In this document: positions 40,140 to 49,465 of the stretch, piece by piece
Layout: each line of letters opens with the position of its first letter
Numbering within the stretch: the first letter of the stretch is position 1
Assembly (NCBI GenBank): GCA_963422375.2
Contig: OY729428.2
Location: forward strand, 1,056,001 to 1,120,000
DNA from: Bryobacterales bacterium
Lineage (GTDB): Bacteria; Acidobacteriota; Terriglobia; Bryobacterales; UBA6623
Length of the DNA: 64,000 bases
Direction of reading: 5' to 3'
Translations under genes and position numbers: made by a program
The notes under the pieces: generated by a model
The model's input: only the letters and a program-made list of their open reading frames with translations
What the model was told of the DNA's origin: nothing
The model's database searches: none

Positions 40140-40499
40140 TCACGCGACTTCTTCAAGGCTCTGAAGATGATTTCCCGGCCGAGAATAGAGTTGCTTGGCA
40201 GTGTCGAAGTTCATCATCACGTCAACTTCGACTTCTCGGTCGAAGCGGCTGCCTCCCGTACCAATGAACTGCTCCGGTTCCAAGATAATTCCATCGTCCT
40301 TAACACATCGAAATCCATGTTCCTGCAGAGCCGGGCGCTCGGCGTAGAGTGCCATCCGAAAGAGTCCGCGTGGCGTGAATTCCCCTATGGCACCGTCGCA
40401 ATAGACGACTCGGAACGAGCTGCCCCTGAGACAGCGGAATCCAATCCGGTCGACGCGCCCGTCGTCGGCAGCGCCCTTCGGCTGGTCTTGCTGTGCCAT
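40140..40499 (-). CDS. Hypothetical protein, DUF3467-like small beta/alpha protein
   Basis: FRVVYCDGAIGEFTPRG..MALYAERPA and DREVEVDVMMNFDTAKQL. First gene of an AT-rich islet and possibly decaying. Confidence 0.55.
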   Translation of the reverse strand: MAQQDQPKGAADDGRVDRIGFRCLRGSSFRVVYCDGAIGEFTPRGLFRMALYAERPALQEHGFRCVKDDGIILEPEQFIGTGGSRFDREVEVDVMMNFDTAKQLYSRPGNHLQSLEEVA

Positions 40500-40993
40500 G
40501 CCTCGTCACTCCGGTAGCCCATGGAATAGAGCATTTCCCTGATTCAAAGCGACAACGGGGTCAGCCTCGAACACGGGTCCGAGCCTCGCGTCGCCCATCG
40601 CTCGGCACAACACAGGCTGGGCCCTCGCAACTGTGTTACTAGCGTACATGCGATTCACGAGGCACCACCGGTCATAGGTGCCGGCACGCATATCCTGCTA
40701 GCTCTAGCGGACCGCATGTCAGCACGACGACGAGGGCTCAGTTCAATTCATCGGAACAGGGACCGGGCCCCGCCAGGGAAGGACCTCGTTGGACTGGCCG
40801 GCGCTGAACGCACGGATGCCTCACTGGTCCACTTTTCTATGCGGGCCCAGCTCAGGCCCCATCATGCGGCACGGGGCGCGGGAGCCGAGTCCGCACGTAC
40901 GCCGCTTGTCCGGGCGCGCACTCAAGGCAGGCCTCGTGAGTTATCATTCGAGGCGGCGATCGTAGATCAACCGAGGGGCTCGCTCTAGGTATC

Positions 40994-43105
40994 GTGTCGA
41001 ACGAGGTTTATGCCACCCAGAGGCTCCGGCTTCCCTCGCTCGCTCTCACGCTCTCGATTACGGTCGCGCTACCCGCCTCCGGCCAGCAGCTCCCGACGGA
41101 ACCGGCTGCCGCGCTGGTCGACGACAGGCGGATAGCCCGCATAGACGAGGAGGAACCCGGATCATGGCTCTCCTACGGGCGCAGCTACGACCAGCACCGC
41201 TTCTCGCCCCTCACGCAGATCAATCGCGAGACCGTCAAGGGCCTTGGGCTCGAGTGGACACGGAGGATCGAGGTGCGCCATCGCCTGCAGTCCTCCCCCG
41301 TCATCGTGGACGGTGTGATCTACTACACCGACAGCTGGAGCGTCGTGTCGGCGGTCGACGCCGACACCGGCGAGACCATCTGGACGTTCGATCCGAAGAC
41401 GCGCCGCCGATTCGCTCGCTGGTCGTGCTGCGGCGGTCCGATGAACCGAGGCGTGGCCGTCTACAAGGGACGGGTCTACACGGCCACCTTCGACGCCCGG
41501 CTGGTGGCAATCGACGCCGCGACCGGCAGGAAGGTCTGGGACGTGGACACCGCGGACTATCCCTCCCGGATCCCCTACACCATCTCAGGCGCACCTCTCG
41601 CGGCGGCGGGAAAGATCTACATCGGCAACAGCGGTTCCGAATGGGACCACCGCGGGTACGTGACCGCCTACGACGCCGAGACAGGAGCGAAGGCATGGCG
41701 CTTCTTCACCGTGCCCGGCGATCCGTCACTGCCGTTCGAGCATCCCGAGCTCGAGGAGGCCGCCAAGACCTGGAACGGCGAGTGGTGGAAGTTCGGAGGA
41801 GGCGGCACCGTGTGGAACGCCATCACGTACGACCCCGACCTTCACGCCGTCTATATCGGAGTCGGAAACGGCACGCCGTGGTCGCGCGTGATCCGCTCCC
41901 CCGGCGGCGGCGACAACCTGTTCCTGTCCTCGATCATCGCCCTCCACCCCGAGACCGGGCGCATGCAGTGGTACTACCAGACCACGCCGGGAGACAACTG
42001 GGACTACACCGCTACGCAGGACATCGTCCTGGCTGACGCGAATGTGGACGGCGAGAACCGCAAGGTGCTGATGCAGGCACCCAAGAACGGTTTCTTCTAC
42101 GTTCTGGACCGGCGGGACGGCGAGCTTCTGCGGGCGCACGCCTACGGAGCCATGACATGGGCCACGCACGTCGACATGGAGACCGGCCGACCGGTCGAGA
42201 ACCCGGCCGTCGTCTGGGAGGAAGAGCCGCAGTGGATTCTCCCCGGCAACACGGGCGCGCACAACTGGGAACCCATGGCGTACGATTCCGCCAAGGGCCT
42301 GATGTACATCCCGACCCACGACACGCCATTCTTCTTCGCCCTGCCGGAGGACTACCAGAAGACCGGCGCCTACTCGCCTCGCGAACGAACGATGAACCTA
42401 GGCGTGGCTCGGGGCACCTATCGCATGCAGCTGATTCGGAGGGCACCGCAGCCGCCCGAGGCGAAGGGGTTCCTCAAGGCGTTCGACCCGCTGACGGGCG
42501 AGACCGTCTGGAAGGTACGCAACAAGACCGCTCGCATTGGGGGCGTCCTGGCAACAGCCGGAGGGTTGGTCTTCCAAGGCGACGGAAGCGGGAAGTTGTC
42601 TGCCTACGACAACGATGACGGGAGGCTGCTGTGGGAGTTCGACTCGTACGGGTCGATCATCGCTCCTCCGGTCACGTATCAGGTGGGCGCGACTCAGTAC
42701 GTCGCCGTCGTGGCGGGATCCAGCTTCTCGTACTACGACTACGGCAAGCTGCTCGTGTTCACTCTGGGAGGCGACAAGAAGCTCGAGGTCCCGCCCTCGC
42801 GAGAACGCGCCATTCCCGAACAGCCTCCGGTCACGGCGTCGCCCGAGGAACTCGCACGAGGCGACAGGCTCTACCACGAGTTCTGCGCTTCCTGCCACGG
42901 CTACCAGGCCCGTGGCTACCGCAACGCGGACTTGCGCGCGATGAGCGGAGCAGTCCACGGCGCGTTCCAGAAGATCGTTCGCGACGGCCTGCTCCTCGAC
43001 CTCGGCATGGACAGCTTCGGCGACGACCTGGACGAAGAGGAGACCGAACTGGTCCGGCAGTACATCATTGCCCGAGCTAGGCGCGACCGCGACGCGACGC
43101 GATGA
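40994..43105 (+). CDS. Type II quinohemoprotein alcohol dehydrogenase (PQQ domain plus cytochrome c)
   Basis: WLSYGR..RFSPLTQIN, vicinal CC then NRGVA, GGGTVWN, YQTTPGDNWDYTATQ, QAPKNGFFYVLDR and GAHNW; C-terminal CASCH with GM ligand. Confidence 0.93.
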   Translation: MSNEVYATQRLRLPSLALTLSITVALPASGQQLPTEPAAALVDDRRIARIDEEEPGSWLSYGRSYDQHRFSPLTQINRETVKGLGLEWTRRIEVRHRLQSSPVIVDGVIYYTDSWSVVSAVDADTGETIWTFDPKTRRRFARWSCCGGPMNRGVAVYKGRVYTATFDARLVAIDAATGRKVWDVDTADYPSRIPYTISGAPLAAAGKIYIGNSGSEWDHRGYVTAYDAETGAKAWRFFTVPGDPSLPFEHPELEEAAKTWNGEWWKFGGGGTVWNAITYDPDLHAVYIGVGNGTPWSRVIRSPGGGDNLFLSSIIALHPETGRMQWYYQTTPGDNWDYTATQDIVLADANVDGENRKVLMQAPKNGFFYVLDRRDGELLRAHAYGAMTWATHVDMETGRPVENPAVVWEEEPQWILPGNTGAHNWEPMAYDSAKGLMYIPTHDTPFFFALPEDYQKTGAYSPRERTMNLGVARGTYRMQLIRRAPQPPEAKGFLKAFDPLTGETVWKVRNKTARIGGVLATAGGLVFQGDGSGKLSAYDNDDGRLLWEFDSYGSIIAPPVTYQVGATQYVAVVAGSSFSYYDYGKLLVFTLGGDKKLEVPPSRERAIPEQPPVTASPEELARGDRLYHEFCASCHGYQARGYRNADLRAMSGAVHGAFQKIVRDGLLLDLGMDSFGDDLDEEETELVRQYIIARARRDRDATR

Positions 43106-43190
43106 CCCCGCCCCGGGGGTTGCCCGCTTGAACAGTCCCATGTAACCTAGAGTCCGGGAGAAGCCCGATTCGCTGGACTGGAGACCGTGG

Positions 43191-43631
43191 ATGACCCGCG
43201 ACCGCACCAGAGCCTTGCTCGCAGCAGCCGTGCTGGCCTCCGTTCCGGCGGCAGACGCCCACCATGCGTTCTCCGCCGAATTCGACGCGAACCTGCCGAT
43301 TCGAGTCACTGGCAAGGTCGTCAAGGTCGAGTGGATCAACCCGCACGCTTGGGTTCACGTCAAGAGCGACGAGGGCGAAGGGCTGGTCTGGGAACTCGAG
43401 GCGGGCACGCCGAACACCCTGCTGCGACGGGGCCTCACCCGGACCCTGCTACTGCCCGGAACGCCCGTGACGGTGCGCGGCTACCAGAGCAAGGACCGAG
43501 CCTGCGATCCCAGCTGCAAGGGCAGCGGGCGCGACATCACGTTCGCGGACGGCCGCAAGCTGTTCATGGGGTCCTCCGGAACGGGCGCGCCCCGCGACGG
43601 GGCTGACCCCACGGAGCAGAGGCTCCCCTGA
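43191..43631 (+). CDS. DUF6152-like exported protein (second copy)
   Basis: ADA-HHAFSAEFD, EWINPH, AGTPNTL, an extra CDPSC loop, and KLFMGSSGTGAP shared with 36023-36460. Confidence 0.82.
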   Translation: MTRDRTRALLAAAVLASVPAADAHHAFSAEFDANLPIRVTGKVVKVEWINPHAWVHVKSDEGEGLVWELEAGTPNTLLRRGLTRTLLLPGTPVTVRGYQSKDRACDPSCKGSGRDITFADGRKLFMGSSGTGAPRDGADPTEQRLP

Positions 43632-43805
43632 TAGGTTCCCTTCTGCGGCGCGCGGTTCCCAGCTCTGCTGATCGCACGACGCATTGACGCGCCTAGCACG
43701 GCGGCACCATGTCACGAGGCCGTGTTCGGACATTGGTGCGCGGTCGTCAAATCGCAGCGACTCGATACGGTCTCGTGTTTCTTCGACTACAAGGACCAGC
43801 GGGTG

Positions 43806-43980
43806 CTACTTCTTCTTATCGAAGTTCGAGCGAAGCCATTCCAGTGCATTGCGCCGCTCGGAAACGGTTGCGCGCCTGATCTGAGTTAGGAGCCAAGTCC
43901 AAGACGGTGGCTCCTAGACAATGTTCTTGGCCCCTTGGTTACAGGTACCGCACAGGGCTCGCAACTTCGATAATGCGTTC
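43806..43980 (-). pseudogene. C-terminal remnant of an HNH endonuclease
   Basis: LSKLRALCGTCNQGAKNIV*EPPSWTWLLTQIRRA...ALEWLRSNF, with in-frame TAG at 43914-43916. Confidence 0.7.
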
Positions 43981-44695
43981 CAATAGGGTCGGTTGGCTCT
44001 CACCGTAGCACATGCATGAGGATCATTGTCTACAAGTAGGCATGCCAAGAAGCCGACTGATCATTTCACTTGGTGATCCAATCCCATTGATTCGGTCCTC
44101 TCGAAGAGACCTCAATATTCTCGCTAGATTGCCTGTCTAGGCGCGACACATTCAGCGGAGTCAAGTCTGCGCGGCCGATCAACCAGCCTCCCAGAAACGC
44201 TCGGTCTCGTGGTCGAGGAGCGCTAGGGGCATGTACAGGAGTACTGGACGGCAGCAGTCCTTGTAGGCCAGCAATAGGCCCGATCACAGTACGGGGGCGG
44301 CTCGCGAGGCCGTGCCGCCCCAGCCGCACGCCGCTCTCTCGCATGTGTGAAGCGTAGCTCTACTAGCGTCCTGTCACCGCGGAAACGACCACCAACAAAC
44401 CTCGGCGTTCTTGAAGGCCTGTCGCGCACATTGGACATTCCCTGGGATCTCCTCGCCGCGAGCTTTCCGGCGGTGCGACTCGGGCTGCTGGTTCCGCTAA
44501 TTCCCGCAAGCGGTCACACCCGGGACGCCGGTTGCCGGCCACCGACACCGAGCAAGAAGCGGACCGGCGATTCAACGCGCGAGACCTGCAGGCACGACGT
44601 CACGCTCGTGGCGGGGCCGCCGACTCTACACGGGCTCCCTCGAGTCGACCATGAATCGCGACGGCTTTGCCCGTGCGAAGCCGCCCCTTCCCTGA

Positions 44696-45772
44696 TCACT
44701 TCCCTTCGGCCGCAGTCGCCTCCTTGCCGAGCCGCTCTTCCGCGGCCTTGACCGCCTTCGACCCGCCGTACCAAGTGGCCAGCCAGTCGTCGCTGGTCTT
44801 GCCTTCCCGCTCCTGCGCTCTCGCTCCCGAGAGCATCAGGAACATCGAGCGGTTCCCCTCGTGGCACGCGTACTCGAGCAGGGGATCGGAAGTCTTCTTC
44901 ATCTCCACCGCGACGGACCACGGCCTCTCGAACGACTCGGGGTCGTCCACGGTGTACTCGTAGAGCAGGACGCCCTCGGAGGTCCGCGTGAAGCGCTCGG
45001 TCAGCAGCATGCCCGGACCCGAGCCGCGGAAGTTCGTGTGCTCCGTGAAGTTTCTCGTCGTCACCACCAAGGCGCCGCCTTCCCAGCGGCCTCGGGAATC
45101 GCCCTTCCAGAGCCGCACGCTATCCGGCACATGCGACCTCCCGTCGAGCGGGATGATGCGGTGATCATTGATCATCTCGTTCAGGATCGCCACGTGGTCC
45201 GGCGTCTGGAAGATCTCCACGAAGTTGTTGTAAGCGCCGGGATTCATCGGCGGCCCCGAATTGAAGCCCATGATGCAGCGCTCGAGCGGGTTGCGGTCCT
45301 CGGGCCCGGACGGAACGCCGCCCCAGCGGGCGTAGCGCTCGGCCGAGCGGCGCTTCGCCAGCTCCGTCTGCGCGGGCACGCGCCCGTCCGGCGGATCCAC
45401 GACCAACGATGTCCGCAGGGTCCCGGTCATCTTCTCGCCACGGTCCAGCCAGAACGCGTTGTAGCCTACGTCCACGTCGCCCTGGCCTTGGACCGGGTCC
45501 CGGTTCCGGCGCTCCGCGCGAGCCTTGCGCGTCCGCTCCTCCCACTCCGCGACTTCCGCCGCCGTCAGGAACTCCTTGTCGCCGAATTCCGCGGGGCGCT
45601 CGAACGGCGTGATGGACCGGAAATCCCACGTGCCCCGCAGGTCCGGCGCTCCCCAGCTCGTCGTAGGGATCTCCCCTGCCGCGGCGACGGACGTCAGCCC
45701 TGCCGCAACCAAAGCGACGGGCAGCGCGGTAAGCGCCGCCGACACCAACCGGCTCTCCCGGGCTGCTCGCAT
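44696..45772 (-). CDS. Exported hypothetical protein, type B (paralog of 36497-37501)
   Basis: WGAPDLRGTWD, RTSLVVDPPDGRVP, ERCIMG and LEYACHEGN. Confidence 0.85.
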   Translation of the reverse strand: MRAARESRLVSAALTALPVALVAAGLTSVAAAGEIPTTSWGAPDLRGTWDFRSITPFERPAEFGDKEFLTAAEVAEWEERTRKARAERRNRDPVQGQGDVDVGYNAFWLDRGEKMTGTLRTSLVVDPPDGRVPAQTELAKRRSAERYARWGGVPSGPEDRNPLERCIMGFNSGPPMNPGAYNNFVEIFQTPDHVAILNEMINDHRIIPLDGRSHVPDSVRLWKGDSRGRWEGGALVVTTRNFTEHTNFRGSGPGMLLTERFTRTSEGVLLYEYTVDDPESFERPWSVAVEMKKTSDPLLEYACHEGNRSMFLMLSGARAQEREGKTSDDWLATWYGGSKAVKAAEERLGKEATAAEGK

Positions 45773-45791
45773 GGCGATGCCTCTTCCCTTT

Positions 45792-46625
45792 CTACTTCCC
45801 CGCATCGCCGCCCGATTGCAAGCCTTCCGCAGGCTCGACACCCCGGCGGAGATGGCCGTAAACCGCCCCTTCCGCGAAAGGCACGCACTTGAACTCGAGG
45901 ATCTGGGCGTTCGGCTCCAGACGCCGGTACAGCGGCATGCTCATCTTCCAAGGGCGGGTGAAGACCTTTCGATCGTCGACGGTGACCTCGTAGCGCAGCG
46001 CGTTCGGCCCGGTCGGCGTGTAGCGTTCCTCGACCCGGAGCTCCTCGCTATGGAAGTTGCCCGAACTGTCGAACCAAGTGTCAGCGACCTGCGCGGTTAC
46101 GTCGACCACCAGCGTCTCGCCCTCCCAGCGACCCAGCGAGTAGCCCATCCACGACAGGGCGAGCGCCTCCGACCCGGGCCGATCCATGCGCACGACGCGA
46201 CTCGAGCTGGCGAACTCGTAGGCGAACAGGATCGACTCGGGCGTCTGGACGATCTGGAACGGGAACGGCATGTAGGTGGCTCGCGGTATGCCCGGCATGT
46301 AGCACTTCACCGCCGGATCCAGCTCGAGCCAGCTCGCCCGATTCTCGGCGCGCTTTCGCAGCGCCCAGTCCTGATAGGGGATCGCGCCGCTTTCGACCAC
46401 GCCCAGCCCGGCCGGAATCGCTCCCAGCGCTCCCAGCGCTTCGACGGGCCCGGGCCGGGCGGCGTGGGCCTCGAGATCCCAGTGCGCCGAACCCAGCGCC
46501 TGCCAGATGCCGTTCAGGTCCGGGATCCCGTCGGTCGTGCGCGTGGCGGCATACTGCCCACGCGCAGGTCCTGCCGCTCCCGCGACGATCATCAAGGCGA
46601 TTGCCAGCGCGGTTGCGTGCTTCAT
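45792..46625 (-). CDS. Exported hypothetical protein, type A (paralog of 37515-38342)
   Basis: PDLNGIWQA, DPAVKCYMPGIPR, SGNFHS and LEFKCV. Confidence 0.85.
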   Translation of the reverse strand: MKHATALAIALMIVAGAAGPARGQYAATRTTDGIPDLNGIWQALGSAHWDLEAHAARPGPVEALGALGAIPAGLGVVESGAIPYQDWALRKRAENRASWLELDPAVKCYMPGIPRATYMPFPFQIVQTPESILFAYEFASSSRVVRMDRPGSEALALSWMGYSLGRWEGETLVVDVTAQVADTWFDSSGNFHSEELRVEERYTPTGPNALRYEVTVDDRKVFTRPWKMSMPLYRRLEPNAQILEFKCVPFAEGAVYGHLRRGVEPAEGLQSGGDAGK

Positions 46626-46762
46626 CGTGCTCGCGGCCGACCGGGGCGAGCGCCGGCTTCTCGCTGGCAGCAGGGACGGCTCCGACCCGGGCTCTCCGGG
46701 CCATCAGAGTATACATGCCGCGGAAGCGCCTGCATGGGAGTGGCACCGAGGCGCGCCGTGCA

Positions 46763-49465
46763 TCAGAACGCCAGGCGCAGCATCAGGTTGAAGGTGCGCC
46801 CGTCGTTGAGGGTGTTGGTGATCTGGCCGAAGTTGGCGCCGGAAAGTTCGTTGCCGGGATAGGCGAACTGGGGCGTATTCAAGAAGTTGATGGACTCGGC
46901 GCGGAACGTCAGCGTGCTCTCGCTCGCGATCTTCCAGCTCCTCGACACGGAAAGGTTGATGTTTTGAATCCCGTCCTTGCGGAAGACGTTGCGACCTAGA
47001 TTCCCCGAAGGGCGGTCTGCCGGGACGAAGTCGAAGGCCGAGCGGGGCAGGAGCTCGCGCGACGTGTCGGGATGGCTGATGCTGCGTCCCAGGATCGAAG
47101 GATCCAGAAGCTGCGGACGATCGCCCATGACACCGTCGACGTTGCCGAATCCCGGCGCGTCGGAACCCGCGTACATGACGAACGGGGTGCCGCTCTTGAG
47201 CAGGGCCACCGAGTAGAGCTCCCAGCCGCCGAGGGCCTTGTTCCAAGCGGCGCCGGCCGAGCGGAGGGAAGGCGTGCGGTAAGTGGCCCGCGCGAGGACG
47301 GCGTGGGGCTGGTCGAAGTCGCTGAGGGACTTGACGTCCCCGTGCACTTCGAACTCGGTCTGGCTGCGCCCGGCGAACGCGTCGCGGACCGAGGCGTTGC
47401 TGGCGTAATGGGCTCCGAGATCGATCGCCTTGCTCAGCCAGTAGGAAAGGTCCAGCGTCAGGCCCTTCTTGTCCCGGACGCCCAGCGTGGCCTTGGCCGC
47501 GTCGAAGTAGGCCCGGGAGCCGTTGAGGATCCGGCGGACGTCGAAGTACCGCTGGTCCGGCCGGCGCTCGTTGACCGTCCGGGTGGTCCGCGGAATGCCG
47601 TCGACCTCGCGCGCCCGGTTCAGCACCCAGCCCGACAGCAGGCGATGCGAGCGGCTGCCGACGTAGCCGACCTGCGAGAACAGTCCCCCGGCAGTCGCCG
47701 CCTCCCAGCTGAAGTTGTACTGGTGCGAGTACGGAGCGACCAAATCCGGAGCGATCCGAATGATCGTCGTGCGGGCGTTCGGGTCCGCGACATCGACTAG
47801 GAAGCCGGCCAGAGGATCCAGCAAGTCCGGGGCGACGACGTTGAGGCGAATGTTGCCCGGGGGGTTGAAGCGCTCCTGCGTGTAGGTGGCCGTGAAGATC
47901 TCCCCGTACTGCAGGCCGTAGACCCCGCGCAGGACTCCGGCCGACGTCCTGTAGGCGAATCCGAAGGCCGGCGCGACGTTGTTGCAGTCGCAGCGGTAGG
48001 GCAGCGTCGACAGGCCGTTCACCTCGAGCGGTCTCGTCGTCGGCTCGAACCGGATGCCGAAGCTGAGGGTCAAGTCGCGACGGGCCCTCCACGTGTCCCC
48101 CGCGAAGTACTGCATGCGCCAGCGCCTGAAGCCCCTGCGCGGGGTCCCGATCGATTTCGAGATCCGGCTGGGCGTCCCCAGGCGCAGATTCGTGATCATG
48201 GCGCGACCGAAGTTCGCGCTGAACAGGATGAGGCCGGCATGACCGGAGCTCTCGATGCCGTTGAGCTGCTCCCGCGTCACCGCAAAGCCCGCGCTGAGGC
48301 GGTGGGCGCCCCTCGTCGTCGAGGCCAAGCCCGCGTAGCGGTAGAAGTTCTGGACGCGGTCGTAGGGGATGCTGGAGGTTCCGCCGATCGATTGCAGCTG
48401 GCGGCCCATCCAGATGACCGGGCCGAAGGCCGTCTCGTCCTGGACGATCAGAGAGGTCATGCGCCGGAAACCGGCGGAGAGCTGGCCGGTCGTCGCCGGC
48501 GACCAGTCGCGGGTCCATGTCAGTCGGCCGTCGTGGGAGCCGGTCGTGGTGTTGGGATTCTGGCCCTTGATGAGCTGGAACGCGTCAACCCGCTGCTTGC
48601 GGAACCTGTAGTCGGTCGCGACGCGGTCGCGGTCGCCGAGCGGCAGGTCGAACCGGCCGCCCGCCACGTCGTTGTCGATCTCCTGCGGGGCATTGGTGTT
48701 GTGCGCCCTAGGGTTGATGTCGGGCCGATTGGGCGCCTCCGCCGGGAAGGAATCCAGGATGCGGGACACGACCGCTCGCAGGGCCGGGTCGGTCGCCAGG
48801 GGAGTCCGCTCCTCCGGCCGCGGAATCAGCACGTTGCCGTTCACGTTGCCCCGGTTGCGCTGCTGGGACAGGTCGACGGTGAGAGCGGACTCCGCGAACA
48901 GGGGCAGCAGGAGATTCGCGCCGAAGTCGTTCGAGCGGGCCGGCTGCACGGCCCCGACTTGGAAGAACGAGCGCGCGGAAAGCGCGCTGTTGCCGTGGCT
49001 CTCGTAGAGCGACCCGTGCAAGCCCCGGGCGGAGGCCCGCTTGAGATGGATCTGCCGCATGGGCGGGTTACCGAACTCGCTGCCGAAGTAGCCCTGCGAG
49101 GGGGCGAACTCCCGCACGACCGTCGCGCTGGTGCCCATGCGGATGTTGATTTCCTTCTGGACGTTGTTGTCGACCAGCGTGAGCTGCACGTTCTCGTTCC
49201 GCCGGCTCTCCCCGGAGTCGGCGTCGACCTCCCCGAGCAGGTTCAGCTCGGTGCGGTCGGCCGCCGCCCAGCCGGCATCCTCGCCGGTCCCGGCCACCGC
49301 CTCGTCCGCGGCGACGGAAGGCTCGGAGGGCGCGGCGTCCTCGCTGGAGGCCGAGCGCCCGGAAGCTGCCTGGCCCGCGGCGGCGAGCCCGGCAACTAGG
49401 GCGAACGCGAGGGCCAGCCGGAAGGTCCGGCCGCCGGGCCTGGCGGTGCCGAGGTCGAGAAACAT
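46763..49465 (-). CDS. Oar-like TonB-dependent receptor beta-barrel protein with short atypical N-terminus
   Basis: YFAGDTWR..LTLSFGIRFE, NNVAPAFGFA, GNLGRN, RAESINFLNTPQF and C-terminal MLRLAF. Confidence 0.85.
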   Translation of the reverse strand: MFLDLGTARPGGRTFRLALAFALVAGLAAAGQAASGRSASSEDAAPSEPSVAADEAVAGTGEDAGWAAADRTELNLLGEVDADSGESRRNENVQLTLVDNNVQKEINIRMGTSATVVREFAPSQGYFGSEFGNPPMRQIHLKRASARGLHGSLYESHGNSALSARSFFQVGAVQPARSNDFGANLLLPLFAESALTVDLSQQRNRGNVNGNVLIPRPEERTPLATDPALRAVVSRILDSFPAEAPNRPDINPRAHNTNAPQEIDNDVAGGRFDLPLGDRDRVATDYRFRKQRVDAFQLIKGQNPNTTTGSHDGRLTWTRDWSPATTGQLSAGFRRMTSLIVQDETAFGPVIWMGRQLQSIGGTSSIPYDRVQNFYRYAGLASTTRGAHRLSAGFAVTREQLNGIESSGHAGLILFSANFGRAMITNLRLGTPSRISKSIGTPRRGFRRWRMQYFAGDTWRARRDLTLSFGIRFEPTTRPLEVNGLSTLPYRCDCNNVAPAFGFAYRTSAGVLRGVYGLQYGEIFTATYTQERFNPPGNIRLNVVAPDLLDPLAGFLVDVADPNARTTIIRIAPDLVAPYSHQYNFSWEAATAGGLFSQVGYVGSRSHRLLSGWVLNRAREVDGIPRTTRTVNERRPDQRYFDVRRILNGSRAYFDAAKATLGVRDKKGLTLDLSYWLSKAIDLGAHYASNASVRDAFAGRSQTEFEVHGDVKSLSDFDQPHAVLARATYRTPSLRSAGAAWNKALGGWELYSVALLKSGTPFVMYAGSDAPGFGNVDGVMGDRPQLLDPSILGRSISHPDTSRELLPRSAFDFVPADRPSGNLGRNVFRKDGIQNINLSVSRSWKIASESTLTFRAESINFLNTPQFAYPGNELSGANFGQITNTLNDGRTFNLMLRLAF

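Noticed and set aside
41980..42020. Lanthanide-dependent PQQ dehydrogenase
   Set aside because: The motif is WDYTA, not the D-x-D (WDYDG-type) signature of XoxF/PedH/ExaF.
25155..43980. Stop-codon reassignment (TAG or TGA read as sense) to explain in-frame stops in the AT-rich islets
   Set aside because: The stops are a mixture of TAG, TGA and TAA, accompanied by frameshifts and deletions, and intact host genes end normally at TAG and TGA. This fits decay, not recoding.
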